Positions 50,720 to 62,843 of a DNA stretch of 64,000 nt are shown piece after piece. Source of the stretch: Carcharhinus longimanus (lineage: Eukaryota); NCBI GenBank assembly GCA_030264375.1, contig JASCQW010000156.1, forward strand, positions 12,262,158 through 12,326,157, read 5' to 3'. A program made the translations under genes and the position numbers. Under the pieces are notes generated by a model that was not told the origin of the DNA, searched no databases, and was given only the letters and a program-made list of their open reading frames with translations. Position 1 is the stretch's first letter; every line of letters starts with the position of its first letter.

Positions 50720-51665
50720 GCCTCATATCAGAACAAAAGTTATCTAATAATTCCAATCACCTGTTCTTTCCCATAACCCTTCAAGCATTTATCAAATTGA
50801 CTTTAAAATGTTGTTGTTGAAACTGTCTCCACCACTCTCAGCTGGAATAATCAACAGTAAATTTCTCCTCTGATTCTCTGATCACATCTGCTGGATGCAC
50901 AAATGTCAAAGGAGGCCTTAGCTCCGATGTTCTCCAAGACAAATACTGAGTACCATCTAGTGCCCAACATTCCAGTGTTGCAATTCTTAGAGGTTTCATT
51001 TTATAATGTGAAATGATACATTTTAGCAGGATGAATAAAGAGAGGCACTGGAATGCAGTGCATTCCAAATCACAGGAACATACTGAGTAAGAAATGTTTC
51101 CTCATGTAGCCTCTGGTTCTTTTGCCAGTAGTCTTAAATTTGTGTCCTTTGGTTACTAATTCTTGGAAACATTGGCAGGATTTTCTAGCCATGCTTGCCC
51201 CAAGTTCGAAAAATCCCATCTAAGGTCAACAGACCTTTGCATCGTCCACCCTCCGGATCGCTACAGTTCCGTGATGGGCAGAATGGGAAAATGTCACCCA
51301 TTGTCTCCTTATTTACACTTTCAAAACCATTCATGATTCTGAACACCTCGATCAAATCTTCTCTTAATTTTCTTTGCTCTAAAAAAAACTAACCCATCTT
51401 CTCTATTTCCTCAAAATAACTGAGGCCCTCATCTCTGGTACCATTTTATTATGTCTCTTATGCCCTCGCTGCTCCAAGGGCTTGACATCTCCTGTTAATA
51501 AAGCCAGGCTTTTTGATAGCCTTCTAAGCTTCTCCTGCCACCTTCAAATAGTTGTGTACATGTACTCCCCGGTCTCTCAATTCACACACACTGTTTTAAA
51601 TGATACTATTTAGTTCATAATGCCTCTCCTTATTTTTACCGCTAAAATGTATCATTTCACATCAT
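50720..51665 (-). mobile_element. 5'-truncated CR1 LINE with MITE (51174-51299) and inverted insert
   Basis: catgattctgaacacctcgatcaaatcttctcttaa (LR.DLIEVFRIM); aaaatgtatcatttcacat (CEMIHF) at the truncation. Confidence 0.8.
51174..51299. mobile_element. Short MITE
   Basis: ggcaggattttc / gaaaatgtcaccc termini, flanked by att on both sides. Confidence 0.7.
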
Positions 51666-54600
51666 AAAATGAAACCTCTAAGAATTGCAACACTGGAATG
51701 TTGGGTACTCAGTGTTTGTCTTGGAGAACATCTGAGCTAAGGCCTCATTTGACATTCATGCATCCAACAGATGTTATTAGAGGAGAAATCCACTGTTGAT
51801 TATTTCAGTTGAGAGCAAGACTGTATGAGTCTGGCTATGATCGGATTGGGCAGCAGTTTTCCACCTTTCATGGTCAAATAGCCAGTTGACAATGTCTCAA
51901 CACAAAGCATAGCTAGTTTGACAATGTACTAGAGGACGACTGGTACNNNNNNNNNNNNNNNNNNNNNNNNNNNNNNNNNNNNNNNNNNNNNNNNNNNNNN
52001 NNNNNNNNNNNNNNNNNNNNNNNNNNNNNNNNNNNNNNNNNNNNNNNNNNNNNNNNNNNNNNGGGTGTTGAAGCTAATGCTTGGAATTAATAATTAGAAA
52101 ATTTAATACTCCTAATTCTACAGTAACAAATTGTAAGTTGTGCATATATAGGGAGTTTAACCATAGCAATGAATGTTAGATTGCCTTGTACAATGGTTTC
52201 AGCTGTTTCATGTCATTTGTTTGAGAATCAGCTCCTTGTGTAATGAATGGATAGCGGGGCTAGTATTGAAAGCAAAACAATGAATCAAAGGGATTTCTAC
52301 AAGTTGTAAACTTGTTTTGTGAAAGTTGATTGATAATACCGCTAAAACATTAGTTCGATTCCGTTCTGAAACAGTATTCAAAAGACAAACAGTGATTGAC
52401 AGAATTCACTTAGCGATTTCAAGAATTATACTTGGACAAATTTACTCCCTTCATGTCTTGAAGTGGTTGGCTGTGCCAGGCTACTGTCAGCACTCAGTCT
52501 GTAAGAGCTTTTTGGCTATTCTACCATGAAGTTAATTGTGCCTTCATCTTGTTTTCACACAATGCATTTAGGATTCACTGGAGAGCAATCAATGGGCTCA
52601 AATTCCAGAAAAATCAAAGGTTATTTTGCTTAGAAACTTCTGTTTTTTCATTTTCTTATTAAAATGAGAGATATTAATGTTGGAGGAAGAAATCACTTAG
52701 GGAATGGAACACTCCCTGCCTTAGACAACTAGTGCCAGAAGTAGGCTCCATCTAGTTAGGTGCAGCATAAGTTAGATACAGAAGGTAGTTCCCTTCAGTC
52801 TACCTCTGAAAGCTACCTCAGTTCCAGCCAGAAAGGAGTACCCCCACTTCATTAATGCAATGCTTTTATCCAGCGCTTGAACCAGTCACCTCCAGGCCCG
52901 TTTCAAATGGCAATGCCAATGAGGAAGGTTTTATATTATGGGCTGGATTTGTATATTGATCCCAGCGTTGAGTGTTTAATCCATCAAGTACCTGATGCAA
53001 AATTCTGAGAATTCAATTGTTGACCAAAACACTGCTTTGCTAGGAAGGGTCAGTGCAAATGCCTTTGCTGATTTTATGATTTCCCAACTCCAGTGTATTG
53101 ATATCAATGCAAATTACAAGACACCCAGATAAAGGAATTTTCTTCCAATTTCCTGTTTTCCAAAAGAACACTGTCTTCACAAATGAAGTGTCTGACAAAT
53201 CTTTTCGTGTTGGCTGTTAAAGAAGGAGCCACAAAACGTGTATACCATTTTTACCATGATGTGTTGACTCTTTGGTGCAATGCTAATGTGTCCTGCTTTT
53301 GTAAACACATTAGCATTTGTCAAATGTAATCTGTAGAATTGAGAGCCTCAGCATCCGTTTTTAGCACTGTGGAAATGAATGGATTTTGACTGAGTTAAAA
53401 TTTCACCATCTGTGATGAGATGAGATAGCATGACCATTTATTCAACTTTGAACCTGATAACCAAACTCTGTGTTTCTTACTCTTTAAAAAAAAAGATGAG
53501 ATGCGCATGCATGGAGCAAACTAGCTACCTGAAATTGCAATTGAGCCTATGTTCAGTTTTGTGAATGCCTGTTCAGATCAGCTTTTCTTTATTTTCTGCT
53601 ACTCTCCTGTTCAGAAAACCATCTGGTGTTTGACAGGGCACAAGGTGGCCACATGACAACAAAACCCTGAAGCAAGATGACCCTTTGTTCATTCAATATC
53701 CCCTCCTCCACAATCTCACCCCCCACAATCCCAGACACCCCACCCCTCACCCCAACCCCCACCACCAAACTGGGCTCCCTTAACCTGAAGCAGAGACCGA
53801 AAGAGAAAAATAGTGCAAATTTGGAATCCAGAACATCATAAGATAATGAGAAAGCTGATTACTTTTAATGCCAGTTTCCCCTTTGACTCATCAACCTCTC
53901 TTTCATGGTTTCTGGTTCTCAGCCTTCCTCGTCCTTGCTAGTTTATTTTAATTCCCTTTGGGTAATCCAACTCCTTGAGGAGTCAGAAACTACAATTCCA
54001 GGGGAAGATAAGTGTGCTGATTATAGGAGTATAATATTTTCTTGTTTACCAAAGAATGATCATCATCCAGTTTGACCTAAAATTCTCAAAGTTGCAGTAT
54101 GGAAACAATTATCTGCCTTACACTGTGCTACAGAAAAGAATTGGTTCATTTAAATTTTGCAAGATATCAAGTTGCCAGTGGCAAAACTAACCTTACAGAG
54201 CATGTGAGAATTGCTTAAAAGAACACAAATATTTTTCTGCTACTTTTAATTAAAGTACATTTTCAGACTGTCCTTATATAACTGTGAGGAAATAATAACT
54301 TCCATTTATAACATTCTAAATTTTGTGAAGTGTGAATATTTTGTGATTTAAATTGGCCCATTCCTGACAGATGTGATGAAGAACAGTAGCGTTAGAGTCA
54401 GTGATTTTGTATTTTGGTATAGTTTTCAGGTGCTCGGAGCAACATCAGCATGACTCCATACTGTTAACGTATTTTCTATCCAAAAACTCTGTCACTTTGC
54501 AACAGGGAAATTAAATCCTGACGCAGGGCAGACATTTAGGAAGGCACTTGCTTAGAAAAATAGATGTTTTGCAAACTTTTCCTTTTTGAGGTGAAAGGAT

Positions 54601-55914
54601 TTATCCATTGGAAAAAAAATTGACAAAGAAATCAACCCATTTCCCACTATCCAGTGCCTCTTTGTAGAAACTTATCTCTTTGACTGCCAATTAAGGGAAA
54701 GATCAAGCTATCTTGCCACCATGGACAAATAATGGCCAAACTTTCATTATCTATTCTCTGTTAGGAAAAAAGTCCCATTTGAGTGATGTATAGTAAGAGG
54801 CATGGCCACTAAAGACAACAATGCTCTAACCCAGCAAGGAATCAACACTTTCAGGAGAGGACTGAGAAGGGACTTTTGAAGGTGGAATTTATCTTAAGTG
54901 GTAGTATAACAAATAGTAAAAAATATAAAACAGTTATTTGACAGCCAATTTTCCACCTCACCTGACTTTGTTTCCTAATTGAAGCTTCTTTGTGTCTTAA
55001 ACATGGAGTCACGATCCAAATGGCTGGATAAGTACTCATTCTTCCCTGAGAAACTTGGATGAAGAAGCAAGGCCCAAACCAATGCTGACAAGAGTAAAAA
55101 AGAAAATTATGTAAATTGAGAAGTACTAGTTACATGGGAGTAAGCTTGAACTTTAAAAGTCTATAGGCTGGAGGAAGAAGGGAAGAGTATTAATGTTAAA
55201 AATTCCAGAGCTAGGAGATGAAAATTAGACAGAGTGGGTGGGATTTCATTTTTAGGGTAGGACTCGTCTGGATCGTGACACTGCACCACTGTGGCAACAT
55301 ACACAGGTTGCAGTTTTAATTTAGAAACTAATTGACCCAGAGTCATATTCACTACCCAATTAGCATTGCTGAATGTTGGAAGGAAGTGGGAAGTAGGCAG
55401 CAGTGGGCTCGACTTAAAGGTCAGATGGCAGCTATTGCAGAAGTTGCCATTCTTACAAAAAAAAGGAAGAAGGACCTGGGCAGAAGACAGTGATCAGGAA
55501 GGGCCCTCACCACACCATTTTTCTAATGCCTCACGGTGATGAAAGCAATGACTGAACACCAAAACATCAACTGAAAACTTACAAGACTAACCACGAAGGC
55601 ATGGCTGGAAGTGGCACATGAGATCAACTGCAGTGAGGAACTGGGTGTAGTTTGAAAATGTTCCAATGACTGTCTCAGGTCTGACAAGGTGATTCCAGAA
55701 AAAGATCTACATGCTATGCCATAAGCTGTCACCACAGTGCAAAAGAGAGGGACATCCTGAAGTTACATAGAGTTCTCCTGATTATGGGAAAGATGTGTGC
55801 TCAACAGCTTTGATACATAAGCATAGAACTGAGCCTCAGTGCTGCTAGTCGGGTGGCTGAAATGCAGACTGCAGAAGCACGTGCAAATAAAGAGCTGTGA
55901 GTGTTAAGGGACAA

Positions 55915-56172
55915 AGAACATATAAGAACATAAGAAATAGGAGCAGGAGTAGGCCATCTGGCCCTTTGAGCCTGCCCCGCCATTCAATAAGATCATNNNN
56001 NNNNNNNNNNNNNNNNNNNNNNNNNNNNNNNNNNNNNNNNNNNNNNNNNNNNNNNNNNNNNNNNNNNNNNNNNNNNNNNNNNNNNNNNNNNNNNNNGAGG
56101 CAGCCTCCACCACTTCAACAGGCAGAGAATTCCAGAGATTCACCACCCTTTGAGTGAAGAAGTTCCTCCTCA
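55915..56172 (-). mobile_element. Young CR1 3' end spanning a gap
   Basis: RRNFFTQRVVNLWNSLPVEVVEA; (aagaacat)n tail. Confidence 0.9.
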
Positions 56173-57087
56173 AGGCATTCCATTAACAGTATCTTTCTTC
56201 ATCTTGTGGGCCAAGTGAAAGTTGAACACCAGGGAAATGAGAGGGATACCTGAAAGGCATGATGCCCAGCTTGTGGTGGTGATGGACGTTGAGGAGCTAA
56301 CCCTTGGATGTGGCCAGTGTCAAACCCACAGGGACACCGAAGATGGAGAAATGGGGATTTGCTGTAGATAAGGTAAAAACATGTAAAATTTGTACGTTCA
56401 GGGGATGCATAGCAATGCTTCACATGCAACAAGCTGCCATTGCATTAGTGATCATCTAATTTTTGTAAGGAATAGGATCAGCTGTTCATTGTCCTGATCT
56501 CCATCATCACCTTATTTTATATCTCTGGCAGGGCCAGCCACAGAGAGGAAGGGGCCCACACTATGACAACAACTGCCTGAGGAACCAGAAAAGACAAATA
56601 CTTTGGAGCAAGTACCACCATATCTCACAAGCGCATCCCCCACCAGTGCAAGTACTTGCACCTTGGTGTGTCCTTGCACATTATTAGAGTTGGTGGCATA
56701 GAGTGAAGGAAACATTACACCAGAACTGAAGGATTTAGGGGGTACAGAATCAGCTTTAGCCACTTCTCCTCAGAGGATGGAAGACAGGTGAAGCTCTGTT
56801 CAGAGTAGAGATGCAGTGCCTCAAGGGCCACAAAACTGGCCACTCTATCTGGAGAACTAGCATGAGATGTTTGCCAACTTGTTGGAGTTAGTTGAAGCTT
56901 TGCAGAGTCGTAGGATGAGAATGGAGGAGACCATTCATCTCAAATGTTCCACAGTGCTTTGAATGCATGAGCTCCCCCTTGAGAGAGTGGCAAACACCTT
57001 GGAGAATTGTATGTGGCATCACTGAGAGTGGGTTCAGAAACAGGGCATTAAACATGCTCAGTATACATGGCAGACTCAGCAGCATTG

Positions 57088-57416
57088 ACCATAGAATCAT
57101 ATACTCTCCCACAGTGCAGAAGGAGGCCACTCGGCCCATCGACTCTGCACCGACAACAATCCCATTCAAACTCCATCCCCTCAACCCTTCACATTTACCC
57201 TGCTAATCTCCTTATCAGTAAGCGGCAATATAGCATGACCAATTCACCTAACTGCACATTTTTGAACTGTGGGAGTTTAACAGAGCATCTGGAGAAAAGC
57301 CACGCAGACATGTGGAGAACGTGCAAACTCCACGCAGTCACCCAAGGCCAGAATTGAACCCAGGTCCTTGGCGCTGTGAGGCAACTGTGCTAACTCCACT
57401 CTGCCACCATGCCACC
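57088..57416 (-). mobile_element. HE1-like SINE, near full length
   Basis: catagaatcata tail through gaattgaacccaggtcc (B box) and ctgccaccatgcc. Confidence 0.85.
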
Positions 57417-57421
57417 CAGAT

Positions 57422-58230
57422 TTTTTATTTGATTTGATTTATGATCATTACAGGTATTAGTATACAGTGAAAAGTATTGTTTCTTGCGCACAACACAGAC
57501 AAAGCTTAGAGAAGGAAAGGAGAGGTGCAGAATGTGGTGTTACAGTCATAGCTTGGGTGTAGAGAAAGGTCAATTTAATATGAGGTAAATCCATTCAACA
57601 GTCTGATGGCAGTAGGGAAGAAGCTGTTTTTGAGTCGGTTGGTATGGTCCTCAGACATTTGTATCTTTTTCCCGACGGAAGAAGGTGGAAGAGAAAATGT
57701 TCAGGATACATGAACATGTATCGAGGCAGCGGGAAGTGTAGACAGTGTCAGTGGATGGGAAGCTGGTTTGCATGATGGACTGGGCTTTATTCACGACCCT
57801 TTATAGTTCCTTATGGTCTTGGACAGAGCAGGAGCCATACCAAACTGTGATACAACTAGAAAGGATGCTTTCTAGGGTGCATCTGTAAAAGATGGTGAGA
57901 ATCGTAGAGGACATGCCTAATTTCCTTAACCTCTTGAGCAAGTAAGGCGTTGGTGGGCTTTCTTAAAGATAGCGTCGGTGTGGAGGGACCAAGCAGGTTT
58001 TTGGTGATCTGGAAACCTAGAAACTTGAAGCTCTCAACCATTTCCACTTCATCCCCTTGATGTAGATAGAGCATGTCCTTTGCTATGCTCCCCGAAGTTG
58101 GTGACTATCTCTTACTGACATTGAGGGAGAGATTATTGTCGCACCAATTCACCAGGTTTTCTACCTCTTTCTGTACTCGATCTAATCATTATTTGAGATT
58201 TGACCCACTACAGTGGCGTCATCAGCAAAC
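57422..58230 (-). mobile_element. Rex1/Babar-like LINE 3' end
   Basis: VEMVESFKFLG; KRLRKLGMS..LTIFYRCTLESIL; FADDAT near 58215-58230; (atttg)n tail. Confidence 0.8.
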
Positions 58231-60477
58231 TCAATTTATTGTGCAAAAAGAAATGAAGTGAATGCTAGCTGCGTCCCAGCTGGTTGCCCCCTCCAGTGAT
58301 TAAAGGCACCATGACAGGGACTAGGATGCTACAGATGGAGATGAGGGGGCCACACTTCATGGGATTCCATCATCATCATCCGCCCCCATTGCCCCTTTGA
58401 TGGACAAGGTTTCTGTGAAGTCACATCATGTGACAGAAGTTACCCCCACAGTGCTGCCAGTGCAGCAGTTTTTAAAGGTACCTACTGAACACTGGCACCT
58501 CTACACCAAAGCTGACCACCATGGGCATCTCAGTCCAAGCCAGGCACTAATGAGCAGCCGGTCTCCACTTCATGCTCCTCCACAGGTGGAGAACGTCATA
58601 AAAGTGGCTGTGAGCACAGGCCATTCAGTCGGTAATATCATGTTGATGTTTTGATATAAATAATAAAGAAATGTAAAGCGATAAATCACTGAGAAGATTG
58701 TGCAATAAAGCTGACCTGGGTGTTTCCATTTTATTTTGGCAAAACATAGGAGAATGGGAAGTGAGAGTTACTAGAATGATGGAGAGTTCTGGTGAAGTCT
58801 GCTTAAATTAGAGTACTGAGCCTTTCAACCCCTCTTTCTCACCTTTCACCCCTCTGCTTTGGAGTCTGCTTCTGCTCCAGCAGCTTCTTTGCTGCTGTTC
58901 AGAGCAAGCTTGAAGAAGTTTGATCACATTTTCACTAATGCTCTTCCTTCATTGACAGTGGAATGCTGATTCTTCCAGAATCCCCACTCCCCACCTTATC
59001 ATGAACCTATGAGACCCATTACCAGAAGGACCTTTACCCGTTCCCCATTCAAAATGCTTTTGTTAAGAATACTGAGATACAAAAGATAGTCCTTTCCACT
59101 GAGCATGACTAGTTGTCTGCAAATGGGGGCCTTCTCTGAGTCATTCCTCTTCAATGCAGCCTCTTGCTTCTGTCCCACCATTCCAGCTCATTCCCCACTA
59201 TATCTCTACCTCCTCCTCTCTGTCATGGTTATACTGGTGCATCGAATCTGCACTTTGGAAAGAAAATTCAAAACTGTCCCTTGAACAACCTGTTAATAAT
59301 CCTTAACATGCTTAAGTGGCTATTTGAATGAGCAGGCAGGTTGCCTCTTCCGGATCCTGCTGCGAACTTTTAAACTCGCAGCATGCCAGTTTTGCATCGG
59401 GAAACTGGCATTCTGACCCGAGGCACGGGTTTAAGTGCCCTCACAAATGAATGAAAATCTCATCCTGTAGATTCAACTTATTTCCATTGCACAATCTAGG
59501 TGAAGAAATGAGGCCCATTGTGCATAAACACCAACATTGAGGAAAATCAGAGAGAAGGTAAGGTAAAGCAAAATGTTGTGGCTACAACAAAGCCAAACTT
59601 GCATTTAAACTCCTTCAGATTTTCAGAAAAAGGGAAAATGAAGGAATTATCTCAACTGGGATCATTCCCTGTGAACCACAAGTAAAGGTTAAAGTATTTA
59701 GACTCATCTTGTTAGAGCAGAGACTGTTGGGCAGGGAATACAATACAACACTATATTTAAAATGATGAAGGAAATTGATAAAATTCAGATTAAGTAATTT
59801 CACAGTAAGAGGCAGGAGTGGAATGAGAGGAAACAATTAAGATTTGGAAAAAATATCTTAAGGAATTATGGAAAATTGGACTAAACGGCCAACTAATGGA
59901 GTAACAATGGATTCATTTAATAAAAAGAGTTGGACCAGTATATATTGCTGGAAGAACTAGAAGATTGGAAGCCAAGAGTCTGATAGAGTAATACAAATGA
60001 TGGATAGTGTGCAAAAAAAAAGTTAAAAGGTTATTAGAAGTTGAGTTGGGATTTCAGCAGTAATTTCGGTCATGTTGAAGGGAGTTACATGATCGTAAGG
60101 CATTTTCTTGTTTCATGAAAGAAAGTAAACCTCACAATTGCTCGGGTGGGAAAATGTGTTGAGCACAGTTAAGGGAATGTCATAATTTAGGAACATTGTA
60201 TTATAGACAAGAAGGAAGCTGACCAGCAGAAACAGGTTTTAGGTTATTAATTGCTAAAGTACAATGAAAATAGGGTATCTCACCCACCCCACAGATCTCT
60301 TGACGGGTTTTTTATCTGACTCCTAAAGATCCAGTAATTACTACTACGGGAGCTCGTTGCAATGATCGATATGAAATAATGTGATATTTGGTCAATACAT
60401 GAAAACTGCATTACATGGGTAAATGTAACATTAATAAATCACCTTGACTTACTTTGCAGCACTCTGTCTTCTAATAC

Positions 60478-60780
60478 GCCAGCAGTGTTGCATTGTCAGA
60501 GGTCCTGTCTTCCAAAATAAACATCAAACTGTCTGGTCCCATGGTTCACTCTGTGAAGAACAGCAGAGAGGTCTCTTGATGTCCAAACTAACATTCTGCC
60601 CTCAACCAATATCAGCAAAAAAAACTGGTCCTTCATCTCATTGCCTTTTTTTGTGGAATCTTGCTGTGTGTGAAATTGGTCCCATGGTTTGCCTCATATA
60701 AGAACAGTAACTGTCTGTGAGATGCTGGAAGATGGTTCAGAGAGACCTGGAAATGCACCTTATAAATGCCAGTCTTTTTT
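60478..60780 (+). mobile_element. DeuSINE/SacSINE1-like remnant
   Basis: gtgttgcattgtcagaggtcctgtcttc..tgtggaatcttgctgtgtgtgaaattgg..tataaatgccagtctttt. Confidence 0.6.
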
Positions 60781-60876
60781 CATGTGAAAGTGTTCTTCCT
60801 GATTCGATAATCTAAAGTAGGTTGTAAGTCAGAGGGGGCTAGTTATGTATCAGTGGAGTTCACCAAAACACTCAAA

Positions 60877-60982
60877 GGGTAGGATTTTCCAGTTGCACTC
60901 ACCCAAAAATGGAAAATCCCACTCGAGGTCAATGGTCCATGGTTCGCTCCTCGCTGGCGGACGGAATGAGAAAATTCACCCC
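60877..60982. mobile_element. Short MITE
   Basis: gggtaggattttc / gaaaattcacccc termini, flanked by aaa on both sides; related to 51174. Confidence 0.7.
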
Positions 60983-61179
60983 AAAGTAACTGTTAGGTGG
61001 ATGAGGTCTCGTACAAGGTTTTGATATTCTGTTGCTCTTGACCGGAATTTAAAAATAAATAATTGTTTAATTATTGTGGAATGTTTTATCAAAGAATGTT
61101 TTACCTCTGACAATAAAACATGTGCTGGGTGCATTGCTGAGATATTAATATTTACATCAATACAATAACTTGTATTAAT

Positions 61180-61560
61180 AGGGCTCAAGATCCACTCCAG
61201 AGACATGAGCATATGATCTAGGCTACCACTCCGCTGCAGTACTGAGTCAGTTCAGGACTATAAGGGGTGCTATCTTTCAAAAGAAATATTAAACTAAGGC
61301 ACAGTATGCCCTCTTGGTTGAACATAAAAGATCTGACAGTATGATTTGAAATAGGTTTTTCCCAGTCCCAGTTAATATTAACCCCTGAACCAACATCACC
61401 AAGATTATCTGCTTGTGGGCTTTGCTCTGCACAAGGTGGCTACTAAATTTACCGACATTACAATAGTGATTATACTTTCAAAAATACTTCATTGGCTGTA
61501 AAACACTTTGGGATGTTGTGAGGGCATGAAAGGCTCTACAGAAATGCAAGTCTTTCTTTT
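61180..61560 (+). mobile_element. DeuSINE/SacSINE1-like SINE
   Basis: tccactccagagacatgagca..gcagtactgag..acattacaatagtga..acttcattggctgtaaaacactttgggatg..aaatgcaagtctttcttt. Confidence 0.75.
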
Positions 61561-61767
61561 ACTAATGTACTAGAGGGACAGCAGTGCTGTTGCCTCCTGT
61601 AAGTCAGAGACTGCACTGTTTCATAAGGACATTATTCTATTTAATGAGCCCTGTATTATTCCGCTGCTGAAGCATGTCTCTTTCAGCCAGAAGATGTAAT
61701 TGCTAAGAATTAGGCACATCCAGAGGTCAATTAGCAATTAATTCCTATTTGTTGGATAAGGCCAGTT

Positions 61768-62843
61768 GGAGAGTAATTTTGGCGATTTAGCAATCATGTC
61801 TGTCTCAAGCGTAAATGGCGACATGGGCGCAAAATCCCACGAGAAGCAGGAATCGAGATTCTCACCAGCAACATCTGGTTACGCGATTTTCCCCACTCCT
61901 TACTGATGACGTAATGAGGTTCCTGTCTATAAAGGGATGAACTTGATTTAAATACATTTGACTACAATTTAACATTAACACGCCACCCTGCCACATGATC
62001 CCCTGACTAAATATGCAAATCTTGACAATGTGACATCACATCAGTGAGGTTTGCAACAGGTATTTAAAGATGAAATTTAGTCAAGGGGATCCTGCCAAGG
62101 TCATTAATGTAAGTATAGCTCCTGGGGAAAGAGAGGGGGTGTTGGGGGGAAGAGGGACATACTTCCTGGCACTGCCCCCATCACAGGATGGCACTGCCCC
62201 AGCACAGGCTTCCAGGGGAGCCCCAGTGGATGTGTTCTCCAATTGTGTGTTCAGGGTAGGGGAGGGACCGATGCCTGTGAAACGAAGGGGGAGACTCACC
62301 TGTGAAGTGGGGGGTGGGAATTGCATGTGAAGTTGGGGGAACTTACTTGTGAAAGGGGGGACTTGGCTGTGAGGCGGGGGGTGGTGAATGCCCATAATAC
62401 TGCTGCAGTAGTTGGGAATGGAGGAGGGAGAAAACCCCTGAGACTTTTGTGGTTGGGTGGGAGGGCAGCCCTGATACCTTCATTGTGAGAGGGGGGTGAC
62501 TCTGTGCTTTTGGGGGGGGTGTAGGGGGTCCTCCATGTCCATGGNNNNNNNNNNNNNNNNNNNNNNNNNNNNNNNNNNNNNNNNNNNNNNNNNNNNNNNN
62601 NNNNNNNNNNNNNNNNNNNNNNNNNNNNNNNNNNNNNNNNNNNNGCCCTCCATGTCCATGGGGTTGGGGTGAGTATAATTTCAGTGCCCTATCAGGCCCC
62701 ACCGTGCTAGAATGATGATGTAAACCAGCCCCCAAATGTTTTTTGCTCCGAGTGGCTGAAAACCTGAAGTGACAACTCAGCTGTACATGTAAGTTTTCAC
62801 TCAGAGCATGATACTCTGACAAATTATGAAAAAATTCTGCCCC
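61768..62843. mobile_element. Non-autonomous Harbinger-like element with G-rich interior
   Basis: ggagagtaattttggcg start and aaaattctgcccc end; CpG-rich subterminal region. Confidence 0.5.

Larger units (their letters stand above)
49914..51815. repeat. Three-copy inverted duplication: A 49914-50230 (+), B 50835-51047 (+), source 51487-51815 (opposite strand)
   Basis: aatcaacagt..tttctcctct..catctgctggatgca..aatgtcaaaggaggccttagctccgatg..ctccaagacaaatactgagtacc is in A and B; its reverse complement is at ~51700-51805. Confidence 0.95.
55230..59464 (+). mobile_element. Large Harbinger-type remnant (Myb/SANT gene) with nested CR1, SINE and Rex/Babar
   Basis: RLTTKAWLEVAHEINCS and a downstream CSNDCLRS-like motif (~55580-55690); right end gaaaatctcatcc; boundaries approximate. 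Confidence 0.55.

Noticed and set aside
62530-62661. cctccatgtccatgg repeated across a gap
   Set aside because: Gap-edge duplication or unresolved tandem repeat; cannot be interpreted.
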